A stretch of DNA of 64,000 nt from the human T2T-CHM13v2.0 reference genome, Homo sapiens: the NCBI RefSeq assembly GCF_009914755.1, contig NC_060932.1. One strand, 5' to 3'. The position numbers and the translations under genes were made by a program. The notes under the pieces are model-generated. The model was given only the letters and a program-made list of their open reading frames with translations, ran no database searches and had not been told where the DNA came from. This document shows, piece by piece, positions 13,897-28,089 of this stretch; the stretch's first letter is position 1; every line of letters starts with the position of its first letter.

Positions 13897-14293
13897 TGTA
13901 GCCCTCACCTTGAGCTCCCTAAGCTACATCCCACCTACCCCTCTGTTTTCAGTGGCAGTTGGAAGGCAGATCGAGGTGAGTGCAGGCTTCTCTAGGGCTG
14001 ACAGTGCTCTGCCAGTTGTGTCCAGGGCATGTTCTGTCTTTCAGCCTCCAGGCCCCCTCCCCTGCCACAGGGACTTGCAGTCCACAGATGCAGCCAGGCA
14101 GCAGAGGAGTAAAGCCCCTGAGGACAGTCCTCAGCCAATGCTGAGTGGTAACTGATGGATAAATACCCACCTCCTAACCCCCAGATACAACTCTGGGAGA
14201 CATTCTGCATGTCCCCCAAAATAATCACATCCCCATTCGCCTACCCAAATTCATTATTAAAAATCTGCTTCCTGGGGAAACCAAACTAAGCCA
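13897..14293 (+). mobile_element. ERVL LTR16-family solo LTR
   Basis: cctcagccaatg...ggataaataccc...ctgcttcctggggaaaccaaactaag. Confidence 0.7.
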
Positions 14294-14992
14294 TCTCCCA
14301 ATAACCCTTTCCATTCCCCCTGCCTGTTTCAGCAGCACTTCTGCTTCAGGGTGTGTGTCTTTTATATGGCCAAGGCAAGCTGTGCAAATGAAGGACTTTC
14401 TTTCCATTTTTTTCCCTTAGCCAATTATTTCCCTTAACCACAGCTTTCTTTAAAGAAAAGAATACAAGAGTACACGAGAGAAAAAAAAGAAAAAAGCAAG
14501 GTCTAATCATTCTTCTCTTCCTTTGCGCAGAGTCCTTAAACCCAGCTGCCTCACATCTCCATTAAAAGGAGAGCTCATTAGAGGTACTGAGCACTGAACA
14601 AAGCCCCCTGCTTTGTTAAGGTGGGGAAAAGACTCCTGAGCACACTGTAATAAAACAAACTTAAATGACAACAATCTAACAAGTTAGTTAGCTAGAGAAT
14701 ATTATTTTGCTGTCAAGTATATATAAATTATAGGCAGTTCAGATAAATGACTTTAAAGTTTATTACTTTTACACACACACACAAAATTTAGAATTTTTCC
14801 CCTTCACATTGTTTGTTTTCTATTACCTAGAAATAGCATTGATAGCAACAATTTTTCTTCCCGGATGCACACATATGCACATATACACATACCTGCTAAA
14901 AATCAAATATTCTGGATCTCCTTTTGCTAAAAGTAGTTTGCTTGTGTTTCTACCCTGACCTAGGATCATGGTCTACCCTAACCTAGGATCGC

Positions 14993-15449
14993 TGTTGTAG
15001 GCTGAATAATGGCCTTTCAAATATGTCCATGTCCTAGTCCCCAGAATCTGTCAATGTTACCTTGTAGGAGAAAAGGGACATTGCAGATGTGATTAAGTTA
15101 AGGATCTTGAGATGGAGAGATTATCTGAAAGCACCCACTGTAATCACAATGTTCCTGAGTCAGGAGCCATCAGAGTCAGGGGAGAAAGCACTGGGATGAT
15201 GGAAGCGGAGATTGGCAGGATGCAGCCAGGAGCTGAGGCATGCCAGCAGCCTCTAGAAGCTGACAAAGGCCAGGAAATGAATTCTCCCTTGAGAGCCTCC
15301 AGAAGAAACCAGCCCTGCCACCTTCATTTTAGCCCAGTAAGACTGATTTCAGACTTTTGACCTCCAGAACTGCAAGAGAATAAGTCTGTGCTGTTTGAAG
15401 CCTCTAAGTTTGTGGTGATTTGTTACAGCAGCAATAGGAAACTGATACA
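14993..15449 (+). mobile_element. MLT1D-like MaLR solo LTR
   Basis: ggctgaataatggcc...gcagatgtgattaagttaaggatcttgagatg...gttacagcagcaataggaaactgataca. Confidence 0.9.
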
Positions 15450-15959
15450 ACTACCTCTCATCCTGCAACTGCCTTTCCATGCTGACCTCACCTCCACCCA
15501 ACTTTGCTCTTCCCTGACAACCTACACATTATATTCAAATGAGGGATTTGGGAGTACCCAGTCCTCATCGATCCTAAAGGACCTGTCTTGGGGGTTGGAG
15601 GCCTCAAGGCAGCAGAATCTCTGTGCCATGAGGACAAGAAATGATTGCAAGCAATGGGATAGGATGTGCAGGAATAATCTGGAGTTCAGGACAGTGGTAG
15701 GGGCTACAGAAAAGGATTTTGGAATCATTAGCACGTAAGTGATGGTTGAAGTTAACCCACAGAGAGACTTCATAAATATATGATAGTGGCTTGGATAGGA
15801 CTAGGAAGCAGATCAAGGGGATTTGATATGCAAATGACATATATATCAGAGATACTACAGAAAGTGTGATCCAGAGCATAATTTTTAAAACTTTTTCTTG
15901 AGCTGAAATACAATCTCAATTAGATGATGAAGAGGATTACATATCATTCAGAGGAAAGC

Positions 15960-16630
15960 AAGCCTCAAAAACAACCTCTTGAGTTCTGTACTAGGTGCAG
16001 GGATACAAAAATAGTCATGGTTTCTGTCCTTAAGAAGGCTGCAGATAATTTTTATTACCACATAATGTGTGATATGACAATGGTGTCAACCAGTGTACTC
16101 AAGGGGCAAACAGAGGAGACAGTCCAACCTAAGGACTGAAGAAAACCTTCCTGGAGGGAGTAATAGCTAAATGGGTTTTGAAAAATGAGTGGGGAGAGCA
16201 AGAAAGGGAAGAATTCCAGGTACACGAAATAGCACAAAGTCAGAGGGGCTAGTGAGTGGATAAGCTCCCGCAAGAAGATTAGGCATAGTGAGAAGAATGG
16301 AGAAATAAAAACAGAGCCCTGGAGGAGAGTAAGGGTTAAAGAAGAAGCAGAAGAAAAGAGACCCATAAATTAGTCCAGAAAGAAAAAGAGGAAAGTCTAG
16401 AGAAAATGGCATCATGGAATCTAAGAGTCGGGAGCTTCAGGAAGGAGGGAGTTCAGTAAGACAAGTACTGAAAGGGACAATAGAAAGAAAGCCATGAGTG
16501 AATTTCCTGAGAGCAGTTTTATTAGATTATGACAGGAAAAAAAAACAGATTGCAAAAAACCTAGAACGAAATGGAAGTGAAGAAGTGGAGGCAGCGTGCT
16601 GCACTTTCAAGTACCTTGGTTGAGAAGGAA
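15960..16630 (-). mobile_element. L2 fragments
   Basis: ctaggtgcagggatacaaaaatag...gtttctgtccttaag followed by a purine-rich L2 body. Confidence 0.55.
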
Positions 16631-17384
16631 ATAAGAACCATGCCTACTTGTCAGGTTTTTAAACTTTAAAGACAAAAATAGGTTTTACAAGCTGCCACTA
16701 AAAAGAAGAGATAAGATTTAAATACACAAAGAGAATATAAGAATCAACTTGGGCCATCCTCCTCAGACTTAGGCAAAACTAAAATAAGTGAAAATATCAC
16801 CAAAGAACAGTGGGGTAAGCTGGCTGGGAAGAAGAAAAACATTGTAAAAGTAGGAGACTATATATAAAAAACTTGTCAAAGAAGTCTCAAATTAAAGATC
16901 ACAAGAAGAATTAAAGACATCTGAAAGCAGATGCGCTAGAGAAAGAAGTGGGAATAGTCAGAAAAATTTAAGACGAAGGAGTAGCCTCTACATCAAAAAG
17001 GCAAAATTAATAAGACAAAATGTGAAAATTACAAGGCAAAAAAAAAATATAGGTGAGAAATTTCAGACGATTAATATATAATGATGAAGTAGGAGACAGG
17101 GGAATAGGTACTCCAAAAACCTGGTTTCCACAGTTAATCCCGAATTTTCCAAACAATTCCTAAGCACTGACCTAAAGGATAAGATTTTATTTACATCATA
17201 AGGAAATTTGATAGCAATAGACATGAAAATGAAAGTTGAGTTTAAGTAAGATGTTAAAATATTCTTTTTATAAAATGAAGCAGCCAGATAAGATTTTGCT
17301 GGCTCTATCCTATAACTAAAGAGTTTACAGTTTACAACAGAAAGCAAATGGTTAAAATGGTAAAGGCAAATAAAGAACAAAAAG

Positions 17385-18430
17385 GGAGTAATCCGTGATG
17401 TCCAAAGCTGTTGAAAAGTTCAGCAGGATGAGATCTAAGAACTGATCATTGGAGTTTGGTAATGTCAAGGTCACTGGGGGCCTTGACAAAGTCTTTGGTG
17501 GAGCAGTGGGGAGGTAATTCTGAGTGGAGTGGGTTGCAGAGAGAAAGTGGGGAGAGGAAGTGGATATGATGAGTCTGGACAACTCTTTTGCCATTAAGGG
17601 GAATAAGGAAATTAAGCTATAGCTTAGAGGATCAAGAGATTCTTTTTTTTTTTTTTTTTTTTTTTAAGATGGAAGACATTATACTATGTAAGATGATGGA
17701 AATGATGCAGGGAAGACAGGAAAATCAATGAAGCAGTGGTGATTGGCAGCCAATTGCAGAAGCCAAGTCCTAAGTAAGAGAACAGATGAGATGCGGAGCA
17801 CACGATTAGTGCTGGCTTTAGTAAGAGCAGGGATGATTCATCCTAGTTAATAGGAGTGAAGAGTGCACAGGTCCAGATGCAGGGAGGTGAATAGATTTTG
17901 TAGCAGGAATCTGTGGAAGTTCTTTGATTGCCTCATCTCCATGAGGGAGGCAAGGCCATCAGCTGAGAGTGAGGAGGGGGTTGGTTTGAGGTTTGGTAGA
18001 GAAGAAGGGTGCAACAATTATCTATAAGAATGAGAGTAAATTGACTAAGGAGATTTAGTAGGATTCTAACATGGCATTTTCTACCTGACATTTGCAGTCA
18101 TGAATTTTCAGTAAGACCAATCAGCAAGTTTGCATATTCTTCTCCAACCACATTCAGTCTCTCTTAGATTTAATAATCATGGTTAGGACTTGTCAGGTGA
18201 GGAGGCGAGGTACTGAAGGCATATGCAAAGCAGTGACTACTAGAATGGAACCATGAAGAGAAATGGGGAAATGAAGGGAGAAACAGCCAAGAGGTGGCAA
18301 AGTCAATGGATCAGAGGTCCTAGAAGGCAAAAAATGTTGCAGTGGAGTTATTTAGAAATATAGAAGGTAATAATCAGAAAGTAGAATGCTAGCAACAGAT
18401 TATAGAAGGTATGTAGTTATTGGTAAGAGC
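17385..18430 (-). mobile_element. L2 ORF2-region remnant
   Basis: gaactgatcattggagtttggtaatgtcaaggtcactgggggccttgacaaag; the minus-strand ORF contains LDLILLNFSTALD, typical of L2 RT. Confidence 0.75.
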
Positions 18431-18440
18431 AAAGTCAGGG

Positions 18441-18622
18441 TAGAGGTTCTTAACCCTATTAGATTTGCTAATATATTAGAATATTCAGATCCTTCCCAAA
18501 ACAAACTGAGTCAAAATCTCTGATGGTGAGGTCTGGACATTAGTATGTTTTTATTTGCTTGTTTGTTTGTTTACCAGTGCTCTGGGAGATTCTAATATGC
18601 AGCCAAGGTTGAGAACCGCTGG
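18441..18622. mobile_element. MER5A/B hAT-Charlie MITE
   Basis: gattctaatatgcagccaaggttgagaaccgctg terminus. Confidence 0.75.
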
Positions 18623-19044
18623 TCTAGGGTAGGTTCATGTTTAAAAATCTACCACGATATAGTGTTTTAAGCTCAGAATATTGTGTGGCCAGTTAAAACC
18701 CAACTCTCTTCCACATGACCTCCTGCAGGACCTTGTCTCTTGTATCCTATCTGGGAAACTGAGTTTTAAAAATCTAATAAACATAGGCATTTAATTTTTT
18801 CCTCTTAATTCCTTCAATCTTACTGACTTAAAGTTTGGCTTATTGAGATAATTTTAAATTTTGTTTCATAATATTTGCTACATCTTCCAACTTCTGGCAA
18901 TCACAGAGATGACTAGCAAGCTTTCTATGTTTTCTTGTGAATGAATAAACCATTAAATGATCCTAACCAAGAAGAACCTAACAAAGAAGTGATGCTTTAA
19001 AACAGACATCATTCTAGGGATCCAGTGCTCTTGGGGTCACATCT

Positions 19045-19500
19045 CTTTTTTAACTTTTATTTTAGGTTCGGGGGTACATGTGAAGGTTTGTTATATAGGT
19101 AAACTCATGTCATGGGGGTTTGTTGTATAGATTATTTCATCACCCAGGTACTAAGCCCAGTAGCCAATAGTTATTTTTTCTGCTCCTCTCCCTCCTCCCA
19201 CCCTCCACCCTCAAGTAGACCCCAGTGTCTGTTGTTCCTTTCCTTGTGTTCATGAGTTATCATAATTCAGCTCCACTTATAAGTAAAAATGTGGCATTTG
19301 TTTTTCTGTTACTGCATTAGTTTGCTAAGGATAATGGCCTCCAGGTCCATCCATGTTCCTGCAAAAAACATGACCTTGTTCTTTTTTGTGGCTGCATAGT
19401 ATCCCATGGTGTATCACATTTTCTGTATCCAATCTGTCATTGATGGGCATATAGTTCATTTCCATTTCTTTGTTATTGTGAATGGTGCTGCAATGAAATT
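19045..19500 (-). mobile_element. L1PA 3' end fragment (older L1PA)
   Basis: ggggtacatgtgaaggtttgttatataggtaaactc...ttgctaaggataatggcctcc...gtgaatggtgctgcaatgaa. Confidence 0.92.
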
Positions 19501-19534
19501 CACAGGGTCACACCTTTTGACCAGCCAAGAATTT

Positions 19535-19760
19535 TCTCATTTCTTATTCATTCCACAAATATTTGAGGATTGCTGGCGATGGGCTAGGTCCTGTATGAAG
19601 TCATGGGATGCAAATGTGATCAAGACAGGCATGGTTTCTGCCCTCATGGAGCTTACACTCTTGTAGGGAGACAGTCAATAAATAAACAAATGAATCAGCC
19701 AAATAATTAGATTAGTGGTATGTGATAAAGGAAAACAAACAGAATGTTGTCCTGGAGAAT
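19535..19760 (-). mobile_element. L2 3' end
   Basis: ttcattccacaaatatttg...ctgccctcatggagcttacactcttgtagggagacag. Confidence 0.8.
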
Positions 19761-20139
19761 ATTGAGAAAGATAACTGAAAGCTATGGTCTCCAAGTCACG
19801 TACTAGCCCCAAATTCTCAGTTGTCCATAGGTTACTATGAAAGACTTAGGAAAGATGTTTCTGAAATCCACAGACTCCAAGTCTAGTGCATGCTCCTGCT
19901 CTAACCATGATGCGCCATGACTTGTTCTTTATGAGCCCCTACTGCTTCTCTCTCTTTCCAAAAATTCCGATAAACCTTCTGCTTAATAACCCATCCTAAA
20001 ATTTAATGAACTCAATAAGCAATTGTTTCAAGAATCCATTATTTTCTCATTTTGACATAATATTAGCCTCATTAGACTTCTGGTTGTAATGATAAATCAC
20101 CACTGTTTATTTTATATGATACATATACATATTTAAAAA

Positions 20140-20335
20140 CTCATTTTATGTGCTATATTGCATTTAACCTTTATAATACTCTTATGAATACACTCTTATG
20201 CCCACTTAAGAGATAGTGAAGCCATAGCTCAGAGGTTTGGAAGTCCTCCACGGTTACATAGTACTTCAGTGGAGCCATGGAGATGTGAATCCAGACAGTC
20301 TGACTCAGAGCCAGAGCTCTTAACAATTATGTTCT
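20140..20335 (-). mobile_element. MIR
   Basis: gaatccagacagtctgactcagagccagagctcttaac. Confidence 0.7.
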
Positions 20336-21619
20336 ACAGAGTCTAGTAACAGTCTTGTTCTCCAAGATAAACAGCTACAGTTTTCAGATCACATATATCG
20401 GGATAATAATGCGAAGACAAGATCAAAATTGTAGCATCAGGATGGGTAGGATAATCTCAGTCTTATTATTTCTAATTATTTCTTAATAATGCAACAAACA
20501 AAGAAATAATGGTAAAAAAAAAACTTGTAAGTGGCAATAGAAAGATGCAACAAATAATTTCATCCAAGAAAATGTTTTAATAATGATAATTACCTATGGT
20601 GTATCCTCAAGCCTGAAGCTGAGGTCAGACCCTCAACCTGTACTGAGCACAGGGACATGACCCCATGTATCCCTGATAATTGCAAAGTGATCACCAGCAT
20701 CTGTCTGGTGTTGTCAAAGGGCTTGCCCTCCTTGTATTCACGTTTGGAAATCAAACAATTAACTCTTGCCTCATGTGTATTCATTCAAAGGATGGAATAT
20801 AATGTGCAATAAATGTCATTATTAAATACCTTAAGTCTGAGATCTATCAGTGCTTGGATCTGATTGGAATTTCCATATAGAGGAAGAAAGCACATTTTCA
20901 CTATTAGGAAAGGCAAGATTTATCGCTGTAGCCTGAGGCCAAAAGAAAAAGTCTTCTACTTTAGTCAATGAGTACCCACAGTCCTTGATGTCTTTCAATA
21001 AATGTCCAATAAATTAATGAAGGGATAGGAAATAGGAATTGCACTGATAGTATAAATTAGTACAAGTGAATGAAGATCTTTCCCACAGCTTTGGTGACCA
21101 ATGGACAGCACTTTACCTCTATTCAATGCTCTATTTTTTCAATGCTAGAGAAATTCACAGATTCAGATTCATTGAATGAAAAGCATATCTTAATTGATAA
21201 GATGTCTGAAATATGGACTAGTTTTAATGAGGCACACCTTTGTAAATCACACAGAAGCCAATTGTACATGAACCCGTGGCAAGCATTACTAAGTAGGTTG
21301 TCTCCCCAATCCTTTCAATGACTTAGATAATGATTGTTTTTAATTAATTCTTTCTCTTTATCTGCAAATTGGAGTTTCTAAAAGCTTTAAGTAGCTTAAC
21401 TTTTCTTCTTATCTCCATTCTGGTTGACAGAAAAATTTGCTTGGCTAATCCTTTCTTCTTAGTAAAAAAAATAAATAAATAAACTTCAGCTCAACCCTAT
21501 CCAAATAGCTACAAATTCTGATGTAATTAATGAAACTTTATAATAATTGAATTCAGTGTACTGATCAACTTATTACATAACAGTCACATTGCATTGACAA
21601 ACCTGGCTAAGAGAAATGA

Positions 21620-21800
21620 GCATTGCGGAATGCCTACCATTGGTGAGGTATTTCCCGTCTGATAATGTCTTTTGATCCTCCCAACAATTCCATGAGGCCA
21701 CTACTATTAAGAGATTCTGAGAAGTTAAATAATAGTCTTAAGATCAGACAGCTAGTAAGTGGCCATGTGATCATAGGTCAGTCTTCCTTTAAAGCCCATG
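21620..21800 (-). mobile_element. MIR fragment
   Basis: ctgagaagttaaataatagtcttaagatcagacagctagtaagtggc. Confidence 0.6.
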
Positions 21801-23009
21801 GGTGCTTTTCTCATCATACTATAAAAGACCAAAATCTCTGAGAGCCAACTCAGCATATAAGAGCGGCTTTTAAGAGAGTGGCAATTAGCCTGCCTTTATT
21901 CCTATTTGTTTTTATCATGTATGTTCTTTTCAAGGTTAAAGTTGTACTTCTTTAAACATTTGTCCACATCTTGAGCATAGTGAATTTTGTTCCATTTGCA
22001 ATCTTGAGAAGAGGAGTACCTAGAAGAATATTCTGCATGCAGCATGTAGAAATGAATCTCAAATACTTTTAGAAAGGTAATTATTAGAGCAAAAATTCAA
22101 GGAAAATTGATTCCCTTAGGTGGCAATAGGAAGAAACTGGGTTAGATATTGATAAGAACTTACTGACTAAGGGAGATAAACACTAAAGCAAACCAAGAAA
22201 ATTTAGCGACACCCTTATGTGGACATATATAACAATCAGTAATTCATCATCCGTCAGAGGAAATGTGTATGGAAGCAAAAGAGGAGTCCATTTTAGATAG
22301 CCTCAACATGTCCCCATCAACTGATGACACCAACAGGTAAAGCAGAAATATACCAAACAGCACTAGATATTTGAATCTGGATAGAGCTCCCACATCTGTC
22401 TAATCTTCAGTGTGATGGCTTTTTTTCTCCCACTGAGCCTATACAAACAGCAGCTGGCACAGCAGGTTTTGGGAAACTCAGAGGGCAAACACAGTACAAT
22501 GAACACAGCTGTTAAGCCAACAGACAATCTAAACCCAGAAGGAGACAAGCTCTAGGTTTGGACAAAAGACACTATAAAGCATCACAACATATTGGATAAA
22601 CTGCACAGAGCCTAACTGGCCAGCCAATGAATGAAAAAAACAGAATAAAAATGAGTGGTTTCTAAGCTAAAGGTGCATCACACAGAACAGCTAAATCTGC
22701 CCTTGCTACAGCTAACACATTTAGATGGCTCCACAGGCTTCCAAACAGGACCTTGAGTTGATAGAACCCACCGTCAAAGCTATAAAATAATTTTAAGATA
22801 AAATTAAGAATGCTTATTAAAAGGATTTTTTAAAGAGGGTAAATACCAACTTTTCACCAAGGAACAAACCCAACACAGCTAAGATTTTAATCTAACCTGA
22901 AATAATAACAAATGTAATGGAGACATTTCATCAGATAAATTTCCCTCTGCAGTCTAGGCTATAAGACATTTTAAACAACAAAAGTAGTCTATGTTTCTCT
23001 ATCATAGAC

Positions 23010-23346
23010 CAGTGGTCCCCAACCTTTATGACACCAGGCACTTGTTTCCTGGAAGACAATTTTTCCATGGACCAGGGTGGGAGGACATGGTTTCGGGATG
23101 AAACTGTTCCACCTCAGATAATCAGATCATCAAGCATTAGATTCTCATAAGGAGCATTCAACCTAGATCCCTCGCATGCAAGTTCACAATAGAGCTCACG
23201 CTCCTATGAGAATCCAAGGCCACTGCGGATCTGACAGGAGGCAGAGCTCAGGTGGTAATGCTGGTTCACCTGCTGCTCACCTCTTCCTGGGCAACCTGGT
23301 TCCTAACAGGCCATGAACCAGTACCAGTACCAGCCCGGGACCCCTG
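23010..23346 (+). mobile_element. MER1B hAT-Charlie element
   Basis: cagtggtccccaacc...gggacccctg TIRs and a degenerate 8-bp TSD tcatagac / acacagac. Confidence 0.9.
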
Positions 23347-24539
23347 ACACAGACTACTTTGAATCAGAAATCTAATATAACATTCATTCATTCACTATAT
23401 GTATATAAACTAGTGTTTATGATTCTTCTCATGCATAACAAACTTATGAACAAGATTCCAAAAATAACTTCTGTGCATCTTTCCAACTAATATGACAAAC
23501 AAGGACTCATATTGGGTATTTTGTGGTACATTTGTCATATGTAGGCACCTGCAAAAATGTTTATGGGGGAGTAGGGATGACAGGCTGACATGGGGTATTA
23601 ACTAAAAGCACCATCAGTCTTAACTACAGCAATTTCGAAAATAAGATTGTTTGATATCAGCTATTTTACAGTCATTAATATCTCACAAGCACAAGCCAAA
23701 TGGCTTCAAATTAGAAAAAGGTATATGTCTGATTGCATAAGGAAAACCAAAACCAGTAAGTGGTAAATTATGATTTCTTTTCTTTTTCTTTTTTCCCCAG
23801 GATTTTGGTTAGCCATCACCTGAATGACTCATCTTTTTCTCAGAGGAAACAGTTCTTCATGGTGGTAGAATTCCATTTGGAGTCAAGGGTATGAAACCTA
23901 CTTTGAAACCAAGCAAACACTTTATTTAAAGTGAAGTGAAAAGGAGAGAATCCAAGTCTCACTTAACATCATTCATTTCCAACACTGTATATAGCTTGTC
24001 TAGAGAATAGGTGACACCCACTCTCGGAACCAGAACTCATGTTCTGACTGCACTTGGTAACCCATATGAGACAATGAGGAGAGGCAGATGCACTGGAAGA
24101 GTCTTAACCCGTCTGCTGCTGGCCTCTCGCTGCACCAAGAACTTCACAGACAAGTTATTCAACACCAATCTTGAGGCCAAAAACCTTTCTGTGCTATGGC
24201 AACTTTTCATTTTAATGAATATCAAATATTTACTAATGATCTATTCTTGCCTGTGAAGAGATCACAGTCCAATAGAGAAAACAGAATCCAAACAATGATA
24301 ATTCAGTATGAAAAATACTATTAGAGGTATAATCAATATACTAGGAGAACACAGAGGAGGCACAACCCCTCTCTGGCATGTTGGGCAATAACAAATAAAA
24401 TGCAACAGAACATAAGAACTACCCCAATTACATAGGAAGAGCTGAGTTTGGGGCAAGCATAATCCCAGATGATTACGTGTTCTACCTAACTAATTCTTAC
24501 AACTCAGTGAGATAGAGAATAATAAAGTATAACATTCAT

Positions 24540-24835
24540 TAACTTATTTAATTCTCACAACAAATTTGTATACATCTTACTACCCCCATTTTATAAATGG
24601 AGAAACTGAGGCATTGAGAGGTTCATTAGCTTTCCCAAGGTCACATAGCAAGTAGGTGGTTGAGCCAGCATTTGAAACTTAACAATCTGGCTCTAACATT
24701 CACATGCTTACCCACTGTGACATACAGCTTCATCCAATTACCATCTCATATTTAAAGATGAAGAAGTTAAGAGCCAGCTGATGAGTGGTGGACTAGATAT
24801 GACATGCAAGTGGCTGACTGCAGAGCCTCCTTCCC
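24540..24835 (-). mobile_element. MIR(s)
   Basis: ccccattttataaatggagaaactgaggca...cccaaggtcacatagcaagtaggtgg. Confidence 0.85.
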
Positions 24836-25515
24836 TAAGCACCACCTCATGAGAAGGGGCATTTGAGCTGGGACTGGAAAGATGAGAATTTTGCAAGATG
24901 AAGGCAAAGGGGAAGTGTGTTCTGGAGCGGGAAGCAAAGAGTGTGTACAGAGAACCAAACATTGTTGGGGGGTTCTGGCATTGAGAAATGGTTTGCAATG
25001 GCACAGTAAGTACTCTGGGGTTGCCGCACTCACTGCTCTTGAAGCAGGTGGCAAAAAAGAGACTCCCCATCCAGGGAGAACAGGCACTCGAAGAGAAAAG
25101 CATCCCTGCCACCCACCAAGGCTGCCATCCTAGAACTTTACCAACAACCAGTTGCTATCATTTTTTAAAACTCAACTTTTAGCATAATCTAAAATGCCAG
25201 AAAACAATCCTTTCCTATTTGCAGGAGGTTTTACAGGGCTGATTAGGACTAAAAAGGCATTATTCCCCGTTCCTCTTATCAGGAACCTCATTGACAGAGG
25301 CATTTACTTTCTATGAATACAAATGACTATGGCTATTGTGATTAGAAGCAGAAGAAAACCAGCTCATGAACCAGACCCTGAACACAATATCTGGGGGCAT
25401 GACAGATATCCCAGTCACTCCTGGAGCAGGGGAGAGAGCTGAAGAGGCATCACGTTAAGAAGACGCACCAGTGCTGGGCACATTTGGTGAATCTAATTAA
25501 CAGGGGCAACTTGTC

Positions 25516-25874
<359 letters not shown>

Positions 25875-26379
25875 TTACTCTAATAGTAAGCATTAGCTAG
25901 TCCCTTCCAGCAGCCTAGTATTGATATTATTATCCTTCATATGGGAGGATGGTCACCACTGGAGTGGAAGTGAGGATGACCATGTACCAGACAAGCCATG
26001 CAAGGTGGCTTCCAATCAGACTGTTTCCTCTGAGGAGTTCGTCTCCTATCACCCTTTTTGAGAGAGTCTTTGTCACGGGCAAGTCCAGCCTGCTTTGTAG
26101 CTAACTGGACCAAAGACAGGTGCCCCACCTAAAGGTAGTTTTCACAGGCTGCTTATGTGTACCCTGTCCAATATCAGAGGGTGACACCATCAGATTTTCT
26201 CTGGAAGAGTTTGAATGCAAGACCTATAAAGAACAGTAGAAAGGAGAGTGGCAGAGAAGCAAGAAAACAGAGAGATGCTGTAAACTGAAGTCAAGGAACA
26301 GCAGGTGCCTGCTCGACTGGAGTATGTGTGAGCAGCATGAACTTGATCACAAGTGCCTCTCTCTGCAAAGAGAAAATCA

Positions 26380-26835
26380 CTAATAGTAATGGCACATGCT
26401 GGCTTTTCTCCTGCCTTCCAGTGCCCCAGAAGGCTGACCTCTATGCCCTATACCTGTATCACCTGAGATCCCTTTTCCCATTGGGCAGTGCCAATTGGAG
26501 ACCATGCAGGAGATGAAAGAGCAGGAGGAGAGTTTACAGTATTTCTTCCTATTCCCTCTTTGCCTGACAATGCGCTTCCAATGGTGATGGCAGCCCTCTT
26601 TAACTATGGCTCCCATCCATGGCCCTGTCCACACCTCCATTCTCCCAGGCTCCAGCATTTCCTGTCAGGCCCAAGAGTAACAACAGCTTCTCACTATTGC
26701 TAGTCCCCGCGTGCTTCAGCAACCCATCTGGTTCTTCTGCTCTTGCCCACACCTCTATAAATAATCCCTTCATTAAATTATCTTTCAAATCCCAGCCTGT
26801 AGCCTTTCCTTTTAGTTGGGGCTGATGTGTGACAC
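26380..26835 (+). mobile_element. ERVL LTR33-family LTR
   Basis: gtgccccagaaggctgacctctatg...taaataatcccttcattaaa...tgaca. Confidence 0.65.
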
Positions 26836-27067
26836 AACACAAAAGAGAGAGCAACTGACATAAAATCAGTGGAATGACAGCTGGCCTATCAGAGCAATGT
26901 TCGTGTCCTACGTGACATCTGTTAAGAGGCCTTCTTATTCTTCTTGTTCCTCTGTTACAATAAATCAGTAACCCCAGCAAGACTCTCTGGAGAGCCTCAG
27001 TAATGTATGCAAAAAGCCAGGGAGCCACTGCATGACTTTCCTCATTATGGTGTTCATTCCACCAGCC

Positions 27068-27340
27068 ACTTTTCCAACAAGCATTTATTGAGCCTCTACT
27101 ATGTGCCAGGCATCATGCTAGGCTCTGGGGATAGAAGATCAAAATAGACACAGTCCCTGCCCTCATGGACCTTACAATGGTGGGTGGAGATGAAGGTGGG
27201 GGACGAGGAGAGGAAGGGGCTAAAATGCGGAATGGAGCAGAGAGTAAACAAGTAAAGCAAACAAGCTTATAAACACAAACCGTGACAAGTTATTCAAAGG
27301 AAAATGGAAAAGAGGTAAGAGAATAATAGAAGGTCTCATG
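27068..27340 (-). mobile_element. L2 3' end
   Basis: caacaagcatttattgagcctctactatgtgccaggcatcatgctaggctctgggga. Confidence 0.85.
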
Positions 27341-28089
27341 TAGAACTTCATCTCTATTTAATGACTGGAGTTGCTATCAGCCAAACTCTCCATCTTATGG
27401 ATGAAGAGATTGATACAGAGGAAATTAAACCACAGTGAGTACGGAAAAGAGCATGAGATAAGCTGTTTAGGTAAAAATGCTTATGCTGGCACTGCGAACC
27501 CATGTCACCTCCAACAATGCATCTTCTACTGAAGACAGACAATGCTTGGTTTTGATAGATGTGTCACGTGGAAGACAAGTTTTATAATGGCCAACGTTAG
27601 TCCAGACATTGTCCTCAATCCCTGCTTTCAAAGGTTCCTAAGCTTCTAGAGAACCTATCTCCTGCCAGGCAAGAATTTTAGTGTTTGAAGAGTTGGTAAA
27701 CGAGGCTAAATGGTGTGCCAGTCACACCCTTTGTTCCATTTAGAAAAAAGTTCTCAATGCTCTCCTTTTTCTGCAGGCACAAAGCATTTAGAAACGGGCT
27801 CCAGAAGCCCTCCCACCTCATCTATGATTGTCTCCTCACCATATTATCGCTTCCCTAGGAGTACAAGCATCCCAGTTAATAAATAGGGCATCAGAATTTC
27901 TGAAAAAGAGATGGAGGAAAATCTGCCTTTTACTTTCTTTTGGTTCCCAATGTCTTGAATAAAGCAAAGCTCCGTCTTCAGTTTGCCTTCTCACTTAGTG
28001 ATCTATGAAAAAAAAGAGCATGAATTTTTGGGGGTCTTACTTTGAGAATGGGGTAATTTACAATCTTTGATGTTTTTATATAACATTAT

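Noticed and set aside
14597-14617. Inverted SOX-like sites aacaaag-N7-ctttgtt
   Set aside because: The spacing is longer than typical SOXE dimer sites, and it is a single motif.
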